From Leucoraja ocellata (lineage: Eukaryota): a DNA stretch of 64,000 nucleotides. The stretch is taken from contig JAWMAR010000178.1 in the NCBI GenBank assembly GCA_036785375.1, forward strand, positions 2,108,001-2,172,000, written 5' to 3'. The notes under the pieces are model-generated. The model was given only the letters and a program-made list of their open reading frames with translations. It was not told where the DNA came from and made no database searches. Position numbers and translations under genes: made by a program. Below, one piece after another: positions 49,201 to 60,530 of the stretch (its first letter is position 1; every line of letters begins with the position of its first letter).

Positions 49201-51010
49201 TAATACTGTACAGTATAAATGTATTTTTCATTATTCTTTTTAGGAAGAATTGTAACCTTCCCCCCAATTTATGAATGTGAAACATATAATATGTTTCTTC
49301 CAGGACCAGACCCACCTACCTCAGGGTTTACGGGTGTCAAATGTTGTACCTTGCCCTCCCTTCAGTATGGATATTGCCTTTGAAGTGATCTGCCAAACAC
49401 TGGTGGTTTAATCATCCCCACGGTTTTTGCTTCTTCCTTCAGGTATTTCACCCATTTGGCTAGAGTTTCTCCAAAGAGTAAGTTTGGCAATTGTATATTT
49501 GATGGTTTACAAAGCCCTGCAAAGTTAGGATGTATGTTAGGTCTTATAACAGTTTTACAAATATATTTTATTTCAAAGTGTGCAATACACATTAGTGCCA
49601 AAAACATCCTGTTGTGACGTTTGTCACATGTTTGTCTCCCAGGTCTCAGGCAAAAGCCATAATACTTGATCCAATTGATCTCAGCACCCGCTGTAACCTA
49701 ATTTCTTGTGCGCGTACTGCAGTGACCAAATAGCCCCAAATTACATTATTTACTGGTGGGACTGCTAGCAGTGCGCAATTCTGCCGGATTTCATATTTTT
49801 TGACAGTCTCATCCATAGTCAGTTCTTACAACTGATGGGAAACAAATAATATATAGTTAATACTATTTCTTCTGCCAATGGTTGTCCCTTCAATTTGGGA
49901 CCTGAGAATTTTTGGGCCAGACCTGGTACTTTGGGCTTTATTATTGGGCTTTTGGTCCTCATATGATTCATTATCAGAATCTTCTGGATATTCCTCTTCA
50001 TAGTGGGGTTCACCTGGTATTTCTCTTCAGGTGTTTCCTGCGCTGGCTCTCTTATAGGCCTACGCTTAGTAAACCCTTTATCGGGTATTCCTCTCACTGG
50101 CTCTTCATAGATGCCATACTCTGGCAGCCCTTTTTTGGTTGCTGCTAACGCTGGGTCTCCTGTAGACCAATGCATGTATTGTCTTTCTGCAGACATTTCT
50201 GGTGCTGGCTCAATGCTAGGCCAACACATATATTATTTTTCTTAAGGCATTTCTGGCGCTGGCTCACTTGTAAGCCAACGTTTCCCAGGACCCCTCCTGG
50301 GTGTTCCATGTGCTGGCTCCCCTGTAGGCCCAAGGTAACTGCACTCCTTCTGGAGTGTGTCTTTGTAAATCATTGTGTACTGGTGATGTCTTTACTATTT
50401 ATTTCATTCCGCTTACATGTTTTTACTCTATTTGCTAAATTTTGTAAGGTGTCCTTGAGACTCTTGAAAGGCGCCCATAAATAAAATGTATTATTATTAT
50501 TATTATTATTTTTCCCCCATGAGGAACATAAGGCATTTTCTGGCGCTGGCTCACTTGTAGGCCAACGTTTCCCAGGATCTCTCCTGGGTGTTCCATACGC
50601 TGGCTCTCCTGTAGGCCCACGGTAACTGTACTCCTTCTTGGAGTGTGCCTTTGTAAATCATTTTTTCTATGAGGAATTCCAATAGTGCGACCCGATCTGA
50701 CATGATCTCCGGGCCCGACTCATCCGAGTCTATTGACCTGTTTTCTTTATGGCCTTATACTTTATAGGTGTTTAAATGGTACTTTTCTACCGTTTTTATA
50801 GTTGCTGTTTTCTACAGCCGATTTTAATGGGGCCACCCGCTACTCTCAGACATTCTGTCCTTTAGTTTTAGCTGCGGTGCGCTTCCCTTATTTTTCCCAT
50901 TTTTTCTCCGTATTTAGACTTGCCTGTTTGCCAGTACAGAGTCTCTACGGAAGAAAATGACCTGGTGAAAGTAAAATACATACCTTCAGGTTTTCTTTCA
51001 CTCACCGCTT
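46284..51010 (-). mobile_element. Decayed DIRS-like tyrosine-recombinase retrotransposon
   Basis: Minus-strand order: gag-like (NLLFGETLAK, ~49400-49600), RT (HFKMETF...SIDLQDAYYSV, MAYLDDIL), RNase H (QTDASTLGLG; QIDNTIAVTYVNHMGG), methyltransferase-like region (EWML...PEIDLFASRLNHQL; VVPDGPTQPWYP), YR (HPLVCRYMKGIFNTKPPRPRY; FKSH...ILAAAGWASERMFHKYY), then a 74-bp inverted repeat. Confidence 0.9.
50383..50510 (+). mobile_element. L2-type LINE 3' tail inserted in the DIRS element
   Basis: TGTAAGGTGTCCTTGAGACTCTTGAAAGGCGCCCATAAATAAAATGT followed by (ATT)n. Confidence 0.7.
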
Positions 51011-51023
51011 GAGGGCTCTGCTC

Positions 51024-52812
51024 CACAATCATCTTCACTATCTGCAAAACCACCCACTTTTGTATCTTCAGCAAACTTGCTAATCTTGCCCTGTATGTTC
51101 TCATTCAAATCATTGATGTAGTTGCCAAACAGTAACGGGCCCAATGATTTGAATGGGAACATACAGGGCAAGATTAGCAAGTTTGCTGAAGATACAAAAG
51201 TGGGTGGTTTTGCAGATAGTGAAGATGATTGTGAAAGATTGCAGCGGGATCTTGATCGATTGGCCAGGTGGGCTGAGAAATGGTTGATGGAATTTGATAC
51301 AGAGAAATGTGCGGTGTTGCATTTTGGGACATCTAACAAGGGCAGGACTTACATGGCTCTGGGTAGTGTTGTAGAGCAGAGGATCTAGGAGTGCAGGCGC
51401 ATGGTTCCTTGAAGGTCGGGTCGCTGGTAGATAAGGTGGTCAAAAAGGCAGGCACGGAAATCGCTATCAAAATATGGAGGGGATCGGGGGACACAATTTT
51501 ATGGCGGCCGCGCATGCACACGCGCACGCGCACATGCACACGCACACCCCCCCCACACACACACACACACACATACACACACACCTTTGGAGGCTGGGTT
51601 AACTCCTGGGCTGACGGGACACCAGCGCTGCTTCTCCGTGCTGGCCATATTTCCCGCAAGTCCAGGCAGGGCTGTAGGTCAACCTGGCAGGACAGGCAGA
51701 GTTGAGCTGGGTTTAGCGCTGCTTCTCCGCGCTGGCTGTGGGCCTTGGGGCGCCACGCCCATCTGACTCCCAACATCTCTGGCCACCCGTGGGGGGAGGA
51801 ACACTTGGGTGGGGACCGGACAGCGCCGGAGAGCCGGGATCAATCCTGGCTGTGGATGAGGCGCAGGTCTGTGCCGAGAATGTTTTGGCACGTCTCCCTC
51901 CTCCAATCACCGCACTCTATCCTCAGACCCACCACCCCCCCCCCCCCCCCCACATTACTCCCTCCTCCAATGATCTCACTGAATCATCATGTCCCACCCC
52001 CATTGCCTGCTGACCGACGTCTCTCTCCTCCAATCAGTGCCTTCGATCAGCAGTCCCACCGCCACTGTCTCGCGGAAATCGGAGATTTTACCGGGTTTTA
52101 AAATCCGGATTACAAAAACTTGCGAGGGGATGTCCCCCACCTCTCAAAACAGGCCCCCCGGATTTCCGCCCCTGCAAAAAGGCTATTGGCATATTGGCCT
52201 TCATCAGTCAGAGTATTGAGTATAGAAGTTGGGAGATCATGCTGCAGTTGTATAAGACGCTGGTGAGAATGCATTTAGAATGGTGTGTTCAGTTCTGGGC
52301 TCCATGTTATAAATATTGCAAGCTTGAAAAGGTTCAGAGAAGATTTACAAGGATGTTGCCAGGACTAGAGGGTCTGAACTATAGGGAGAGGTTGAGTAGG
52401 CTGGGTCTCTGTTCCTTGAAGCGCAGGAGGATGAGGGGTGATCTTATAGAGGTGTATAAAATCATGAGAGGAATAGATTGGGTAGATGCACAGAGTCTCT
52501 TGCCCAGAGTAGAGGAATCAATGACCAGAGGACATAAGTTTAAAGTGAAGGGGAAGCGATTTAATAGGAATCTGAGGGGTAATTTTTTCACTCAAAGTTG
52601 TGGTGGGTGTATGGAATAAGCTGCCAGAAGAGGTAGGTGGGGCTGGGACTATCACTACGCTTAAGAAACAGTTAGACAGGTACATGGATAGGACAAGTTT
52701 GGAGGAATATGGACCAAGTGCAGGCTGGTGGGACTAGTGTAGCTGGGACATGTTGGCCGATGTGGGCAAGTTGGGCCGAAGGGCCTGTTTTCACGCTGTA
52801 TCACTCTATGAC
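51024..52812 (+). mobile_element. CR1 LINE (second subfamily) with inverted 5' segment and a nested hAT element
   Basis: NIQGKISKFAEDTKVGG, QLYKTLVRMHLEWCVQFWAP, TRGHKFKVKG; tail GGGCCTGTTTTCACGCTGTATCACTCTATGACT. Confidence 0.92.
51449..52174. mobile_element. hAT-superfamily non-autonomous DNA transposon
   Basis: 8-bp TSD CAAAAAGG at 51441-51448 and 52175-52182; imperfect TIRs CAGGCACGGAAATC / GATTTCCGCCCCTG. Confidence 0.85.
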
Positions 52813-53170
52813 TGAGAGTCAGGGGAGAGGGAAACTAGAAGCTTTTCATATCTCACTCTCCTGAATCTCCGTCTGAAGAAGGGTCTAGACCCGAATGTCA
52901 CCTATTCCTTTTCACCAGAGATGCAGCCTGACCCGCTGAGTTTTGTTTTGTGTCTATCTTTGGTGTAAACCAGCATCTCCAGTTCCTTCCTAAGATTTTT
53001 TATATTGTTCTACTTTAGATTGCACACATGAATGAAGAAACTGATTATGATGCGAGGCATTTACTTCTTCATTTTTCTTTTCTTTTCTTTTCTTTTTTTT
53101 ATTGTCTCTGCATTCATTTAACCAGTTTGGCTGATTTTTAATCACTCATAAATACAAGTTATAGCTCTCT

Positions 53171-53187
53171 CCCAGTAGGTGGCGTCA
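53171..53187 (+). promoter_or_regulatory. Candidate CTCF site
   Basis: CCCAGTAGGTGGCGTCA fits the CCASYAGRKGGCR core; motif match only. Confidence 0.45.
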
Positions 53188-53722
53188 AATGCATGGTTTT
53201 GCAATATTGCATAAACAGTTGCAGACTAAGACGGCCATTCAACATTATGGCCACACTTTGTAACCCAGGGAAATAAATCAGTTTTCATGATAAGGCTTGC
53301 TGACCCTATTGTCCATCGCATCAGTCGGGCCTGATTGGCAGTCTACTCGGAAATCAAATACATAATCCAGCCTGGCAGAGCTAACTTAAGGGAGCAGATA
53401 ATTTGAGCTGAATCCACATGTTCTGTTCCAATCAATGAGGCTCTGACTTCAGTGGTAAGCCATGGATTTACAGATGTTACAATAGGGGAATTAGATTTTC
53501 AGTTCAATGAGCCCATGTTAGACTTCACTATCCAAGTGAGCAGAGATCTTACCACAGTTATCGCAGTATTCATCGTTAACAAACATAGACTAGATTACAT
53601 ATGGTCCCATGAAAAGCCATAAAGTGCTGCAGTAACTCTGCAGGTGAGGCAGCATCCCTGGAGAACATGGATAGGTGATGTTTCTGGTCAGGATCCTTCT
53701 TTAGACAGATCTGGCCCACTGA

Positions 53723-54548
53723 TAAGGGGGCCGGCCACTAGGGGGCGCCGCATTGATGGCAGCCTCTGCCTACAGTCGTTCTGTTTTTCTTTTAATTTTT
53801 AGTCAGTTTAAAAAGTTTGTTTGGAGATTTCTTTAGCTTTTCTACGTGGGGGAGGGGGGTAGGGTAAGGGGGAAACCGTTTCCCAGTCACTTCCTGGCGA
53901 GGACGCGACTATTCTCCGAGTTGCGTCCTCGCCCCCCCCCCCCCCTCCTCGCAGCCTACCACCTGGTCTTTCCTGCCGGGGACCAGGACCAGAGCTTCAG
54001 CAGTGGCGGTGCAGCGCAGGATACATCGCGGAGCGGACGATTGCTTACCTGGATCGCCGTTGAAGCTCCGGATTGTTGGGCCTGCTGCATCAACATCGGA
54101 GCTGTGGTTCGTAGAGCTTCCAGCACGCGCGGCGCTGACTTCAACATCGCGAAATCCTGGGGCCCTTTGCCGAGGGCCGTCAGCATTGAATCTCCGCCCT
54201 GTGGACTTCGGGAGCTGCGGACTCCGGTAGGAGGTGGCCGATTCTGATGTCCAAGCCGCTGAGGATGTCCTCCAGTCCCGACATCGGACTTTCATCACCC
54301 CAGCGAGCGGGCCTGAACATCGGGCCGCCCGTAACGGCAACAGCGGGGGGGGGGGGGGGGGGTTCGGGAGCCGCCCGACCATGGGAAGACAACAGAGGAG
54401 CCTTCCCTCACAGTGGGAAACTTTGATCCGGTGTGTGGGGATGTCTGTGTCATGTTATGTGCTCTTTATTATTCGTATGGCAACCACACTTCACTGTACC
54501 AATTGGTACTTGTGACAAATAAATGTATCTTGTATCTCTTGCATCTTG
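53723..54548 (+). mobile_element. GC-rich non-coding retroposon with Rex1-type tail (apparently near full length)
   Basis: GATGGCAGCC, T-tract, G-run, GGGAAACCGTTTCCCAGTCACTTCCTGG, long hairpin, CpG-rich body, then TTCACTGTACC...GTGACAAATAAATGTATCTTGTATC; interrupts a Penelope pLTR-like repeat. Confidence 0.7.
53733..53750 (+). promoter_or_regulatory. Candidate CTCF site carried in the 5' end of the retroposon
   Basis: GGCCACTAGGGGGCGCCG is a near-consensus match; motif match only. Confidence 0.5.
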
Positions 54549-55081
54549 AGTTACTCCAGCCTTTTGTGTCTTTCCTTGGGAAACCAGCATCTGCAGTTCC
54601 TTGTTTGTATTTATGGTCCCATCATCCATATAGAACTGTGAACAGCTAGAGATCCAGCACTGAATACAGAGGCATCCTAGTTATTATCAGCACCTGACCT
54701 TGATGTTACCAGTTTATTCCTACACGTTTTCTCGCCAGTAACCATGCCTTGCTGCATGCCAATACATTACCTCCAATCTCTTGTTCTCCATTTTCATTTA
54801 ATAATCTCTTGCATGTCATCATCACCAATAACCTTCTGAAGTGCAGCAGAACAATTGGATTGCCCCTATCTACTCTCCTGGGTACAACTGCAAAAAAAAA
54901 ACTTTTAACAGGTTTGAGGAAGATGATTACCCTTTGGTGAATTCACATGTTGACTGCCCAATGCCGTTACTATTTTCCCACCTACACTCCATATTTACTC
55001 AAGACTGAGCAGCTAAATACCAATGCAACTCAATTACCCAATGCAGATGACACCACCATAGTGGGCTGGATATCCACCAAA

Positions 55082-57908
55082 CAGCAGTAGGGAGGTTGGG
55101 GATAGCATCAAGCAGGAAATTAGGGAAGCATGTAGCAAAGGTACAGCAGTTATCATGGGTGACTTTAATCTACATATAGATTGGGCCAACCAATTTGGTA
55201 GCAGCGCTGAGGAGGAGGATTTTCTGGAATGTATACGGGATGGGTTTTTTAAACCAATATGTAGAAGAACCGACTAAAGAGCAGGCCATCCTGGACTGGG
55301 TATTGTGTAATGAGGAAGGATTAGGTAGCGATATTGTTGTGCAAAGCCCCTTGGGCAACAGTGACCATAATATGGTGGAATTCTGCATTAGCATGGAGAG
55401 TGACATGGTTAATTCAGAGACTAGGGTCCTGAATTTAAAGAAAGGAGATTTTGAAGGTATGAGACGGGAATTGGCCAGGATAGACTGGCAAATTATACTT
55501 AAAGGGTTGACGGTGGAGATGCAATGGCAAAGATTTAAAGACCGCATGGATGAACTCCAAAAATTGGTCATCCCTGTCTGGCGAAAAAATAAAATGGGGA
55601 AGGAGGCTCAACCGTGGCTAACAAGGGAAATCAAGAATAGTGTAAAATCCAAGGAAAACGCATATACATTGGCCAGAGGAAGTGGCAAACCGGAGAACTG
55701 GGAGAAATTTAGAAACAGTGCACAAAGGGGTTATAGACAATAGGTGCAGGAGTCGGCCATTTTGACCTTCAGACCTGCACCACTATTCAATGTGATCATG
55801 GCTGATCATCCCCAATCAGTACCCCGTTCTTGCCTTCTCCCCATATCCCCCGACTCCGCTATCTTTAAGAGCCCTATCTAGCTCTCTTGAAAGTATCCAG
55901 AGAACCGCCTCCACCGCCCTCCGAGGCAGAGAATTCCACAGACTCACAACTCTCTGTAAGAAAAAGTGTTTCTTCATCTGCGTTCTACATGGCTTGCCCC
56001 TTATTCTTAAACTGTGGCCCCTGGTTCTGGACTCCCCCAACATCGGGAACATGTTTCCTGCCTCTAGCGTGTCCAAACCCTTAATAGTATTATATGTTTC
56101 AATAAGATTCCCTCTCATCGTTCTAAATTCCAGAGTATTATTAATTAAGAGGGGGAAAATTAATTGAGGGGGAAAAAAAGAGCATGAAAGAAAGCTTGCG
56201 GGGAATATAAAAACTGACTCTAAAAGCTTCTTTAGATATGTAAAAAGGAAAGGATTAATGGACAAATGTAGGTCAGTTACAATCAGAGACAGGTGAATTT
56301 ATAATGGGAAACAAAGAAATGGCAGAACAGTTAAACGAGTACTTTGGTTCTGTCTTCACTAAGGAAGACACAAACAATCTCCCAGAAATACAAGGGGACC
56401 AAGGATCTAGTGGGAGAGAGGAACTGAAGGGAATCCACATTAGTCAGGAAATTGTGTTAGGTAAACTGTTGGGACTGAAGGCAGATAAATCCCCAGGGCC
56501 TAATGATCTGCATTCCAGAGTACTCAAGGAGGTAGCCCTAGAAATCATGGATGCATTGGTGATCATTTTCCAATATTCTCTCGACTCTGGTTCAGTTCCT
56601 GTGGACTGGAGGGAGCCAATGTAATCCCACCTTTTAAGAAAAGAGGGAGAGTGAAAACAAGGAATTAGAGACCAGTTATCCTTACATCGGTAGTGGGGAA
56701 GATGCTCGAGTCGATTGCTAAAGATGTTATAGAAACGCATTTGGAAAGCAGTGACAGAACCGGTCAAAGTCAGCATGGATTTATGAAGGGGAAATCATGC
56801 TTGACTAATCTTCTAGAATTTTTTGAGGATGTAACAGTAGTATGGATAAGGGAGAGCCAGTGGATGTGGTGTATCTGGACTTTCAAAAAGCCTTTGACAA
56901 GGTCCCACACGAGATTAATGTGCAAAATTAGAGCACATGGTATTGGGGGTAGGGTATTGACATGGAGAGAGAACTGAATGGCAGACAGGAAATAACGAGT
57001 AGGGATTAACGGGTCCTTTTCAGAGTGATTTAGACATGGAAATTAAATGTGACTTCTCCAAGTTTGCGGATGACACAAAGCTGGGTGGCAGCTTGAACTA
57101 CGATGAGGATGCCATGAGGCTGCAGGGTGACGTGGATAGGTTGGGCGAGTGGGCAGATGCATGGAAAATGCAATATAATGTGGATAAATGTGAGGTTATC
57201 CACTTTGGTGGCAAGAACAGGAAGGCAGATTATTATCTGAATGGCGTCAGATTAGGAAAAGAGGAGGAGCAACGAGACCTGGATGTGCTTATAAATCAGT
57301 TACTGAAAGCAAGCATGCAGCGGGCAGTGAAGAACTCTAACGGCATGTTGGCCTTCATTGCAAGAGGATTTGAGTTTAGGAGCAAGGAGGTCTACTGCAG
57401 TTGTACAGGGCCCTGGTGAGACCGCAACTGGAGCACTGCGTGCAATTTTGGTCTCCTAATTTGAGGAAGGACATTATTTCTGTTGAGGGAGTGCAGCGTA
57501 GGTTCTCCAGGTTAATTCCCGGGATGGCAGGACTGACATATGATGAAAGAATGGGTTGACTGGGTTTGTATTCACTGGAGTTTAGAAGGATGAGAGGGTA
57601 TCTTATAGAAACATAAAATTCTTAAAGGATTGACAGGCTAGATGCAGGAAAAATGTTCCCGATGTTGGGGTAGTCCAGAACCAGGGGTCACAGTTTAAGA
57701 ATAAGGGGTAGGCCATTTAGGACTGAGATGAGGCAAAACTTCTTCACCCAGAGAGTTGTGAATCTGTGGAACTCTACGCCACAGAAGGTAGTGGTGGCCA
57801 ATTCACTGGATGTTTTCAAGAGAGTTTTAGCTCTTAGTGCTAAAGGAATCAAGGTTTATGGGGGAAAAAAATGAAATGGGGTACTGATTTTGTATGATCA
57901 GCCATGAG
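55082..57908 (+). mobile_element. CR1 LINE ORF2 remnant (endonuclease C-terminus to RT and 3' UTR)
   Basis: [67 protein letters not shown]. Confidence 0.95.
55733..56136 (-). mobile_element. CR1 3' end nested in opposite orientation inside the CR1 above
   Basis: LEFRTMRGNLIETY...SRTRGHSLRIRG...GYGEKARTGY on the minus strand. Confidence 0.9.
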
Positions 57909-57939
57909 GTTTTTCTCTCCTCAGATACTGCACATTTAT

Positions 57940-58465
57940 GTGTAGGAAAGAACTGCAGATGCTGTTTTAAATCGAAGGTAGACACAAAATGCTGGAGTAA
58001 TTAAGCAGGACAGGCAGCAGCTCTGGAGAGAAAAGGAATGGGTGACGTTTCAGGTCGAGATCCTTCTTTAGACTGATGTTAGGGGTGGGACAGAGATTGA
58101 ATGTAGTGGGAGACAGTAAGACTGGTGGGAGAACTTGGAAGGGGGAGGGGATGGAGAGGGAGGGAAAGTAAGGGCTATTTGAATGTTAGAGAAGTCAATG
58201 TTCATACCGCTGGGTTGTAAGCGACCCAAGTGAAATATGAGGTGCTGTTCCTCTAATTTACTTTGGGCCTCACTCTGACAATGGAGGAGGCCCAGGACAG
58301 AAAGGTCAGATTGGGAATTGGAGAGGGAGTTAAAGTGCTGAGCAACCGGGAGATCAGGTAGGTTAAGGCGGACTGAGCAGAGGTGTTCAGCGAAACGATC
58401 GCCGAGCCTGCGCTTGGTCTCAACGATGTACAGAAGTTAACACCTTGAAGAGCGGATACAGTATC
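57940..58465 (-). mobile_element. Penelope-like element 3' end
   Basis: Minus strand: LLYIVETKRRLGDRFAEHL (GIY-YIG second motif)...LEEQHLIFHLGRLQPSGMNIDF, then a pLTR-like end. Confidence 0.85.
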
Positions 58466-59509
58466 TCCAACCTCATCTACCGCAGTAGTACTGTTGGTGG
58501 AAGAGTAGACCAGCAGCTGGTTATCCAGCAGCAACTGACTCACTGCATGACACTCCAAAACCAATCCACATGATACAATCCAAAGAATATGATGGAATAC
58601 TGTATGTAACTAAATGACTGCAGCTCCAACAACACAAAGGACAAAGAGTCCCAAAGCTCAGCATAACCATTCACTCACTCCATCACTGGCACATGGTGTC
58701 TCTTCGACTGCCATCAATAAAGGGCTCTGCAATTACTTACCAAGGCTACAATGGCACTTTTCAAACATGTAAAAGCTCTACTAACTAGGAAGACATCTGC
58801 AGCATTTGCAGAATATTTGTTGGAGGGATATTATGGTAGTTCCCACCAAATGCTGAATGTCCTTCTTGTTGCATTGTTTACTAAAACCAGGAGTATATGG
58901 AAGCTCTCTGAAGGGTTGCTCTTGTGATATAGTCATGTCTTGAAGCATTCTCTATCGCATTACCTCAGTGCATAAAGTAAATGAGAAGACAGCTTTGTAT
59001 CAAGGGCAATTAGAGGTAGCCCATAAACAGTGGCTTCACTAGTGACGGCCTCAGTCTGAGTGAATAAAAAACAGAACTGCTGCTCTAATTGAGTGCAGCT
59101 ATTTTTACTTAACATGGGGAGAGGACATGCAAATGGACTTAGTTACCCATTATAACACTTTAATTTTCCCTGTCTGCAAAACATTGTCTGGTTCAACCTA
59201 TGCTCCAAACAATATGCACAAATATCATTGTGCAGGGAGGAACTGCAGGTGCTGGTTTACATCGAAGATAGACACAAAATGCTGGAGTAACGCAACAGGA
59301 CAGGCAGCATCTCTGAAGAGAAGGAATGGGTGACGTTTCAGGTCCGGACCCCTCTTCAGACGCTTTCCAATTCATATTTAGTCCTACATTTCTTCCATGA
59401 TAATTGGAGAACATATAAAGTTCACTAATTACTGATTTAGAGACCACTTTATATATGAACCAGGGTTCCTTTAACCAAATGGATTTAAACTCTAAAGCCC
59501 ATGTAGAGC

Positions 59510-60530
59510 ATTGTGAGTTGGGTAGTAGAATACTAGTTACATTACAAAGCTCACAACCTGAAATCTGAATTATTGATTCAGAGACATGAGATTGCATCTG
59601 TCGTGGCATTGGGAACTCAAAATTCAAATAATTTAACCTAAGAATGTAGGAAATTAAAAGCTAGTCTTGATAATGGTAACCATTAAACTATGAATTAATG
59701 AATACGTTTATTGGCCAAGTATGTTCACATACAAGGTATTTGCCTTAGTGCTCCACTCGCAAGTGACAACATGACATACAGTGACAATTAAGAATGACAC
59801 ATAAAACATTAATAATATAACATTATCGATTAAACATGTGAAATAAATAAAATATCATAGCAAAAGGAGGCTACAGATTTTTGGTTATTGAGTAGAGCTA
59901 CTACTTGTGGAAAAAAAGCTGTTTATATGTCTGGCTGTGGCAGCTTTGGCAGTCCGGAGTCGCCTTCCAGAAGGAAGTGATTCAAAGAGTTTGTGGCCAG
60001 GGTGAGGGGGGGGGGGGGGGGGGGGTGGTCAGGGATAATCTTACCCGCTCGCTTCCTGGCCCTTGCAGGGTACAGTTCATCAATGGAGGGAATGTTGCAG
60101 CCAACAACCTTCTCAACTGATCGGACGATTCGCTGCAGCCAGCGGGTGTCGTGCTTGGTGGCTGAGCCAAACCAGACCATGATGGAGAAGGTGAGGATAG
60201 ACTCTACGATTGACATATAGAATTGGACCATCATTGCCTGTGGCAGATTGTGTTTCCTCAGCTGCTGCAGGAAGTACATCCTCTGTTGTGCCTTTTTGAC
60301 TGTGGAGTCGATGGTGTTATATAAATTAAACTATAACATTGTTTGAAAAAACATCTCATTTACTAAGATCATCCAGGCTAGGAAATCTACAATCTTTACC
60401 CTGTCTGACCAATGTGTGACTCCAGGCTCACTGTTGTGGTTGATTCCTAACTGGCCACTGAGTTCAGGGGCAATTACAATGGACAATAAATGCTAGTGAT
60501 ATGCATGAGCTGCGAACAAATAAATAGAAA
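59510..60530 (+). mobile_element. Old elasmobranch-type SINE split by a Rex1 insertion
   Basis: AATTAAAAGCTAGTC...AATGGTAACCATTAAACTAT | insert | ...TGTGACTCCAGG...GTGGTTGA...GGGCAATTA...CAATAAATGCT; recognised from memory and highly degenerate. Confidence 0.5.
59692..60324 (-). mobile_element. Rex1/Babar LINE 3' part
   Basis: KKAQQRMYFLQQLRKHNLP...FYMSIVESILTFSIMVWFGS...LQRIVRSVEKVVG; 10-bp TSD ATTAAACTAT at 59682-59691 and 60325-60334. Confidence 0.9.
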
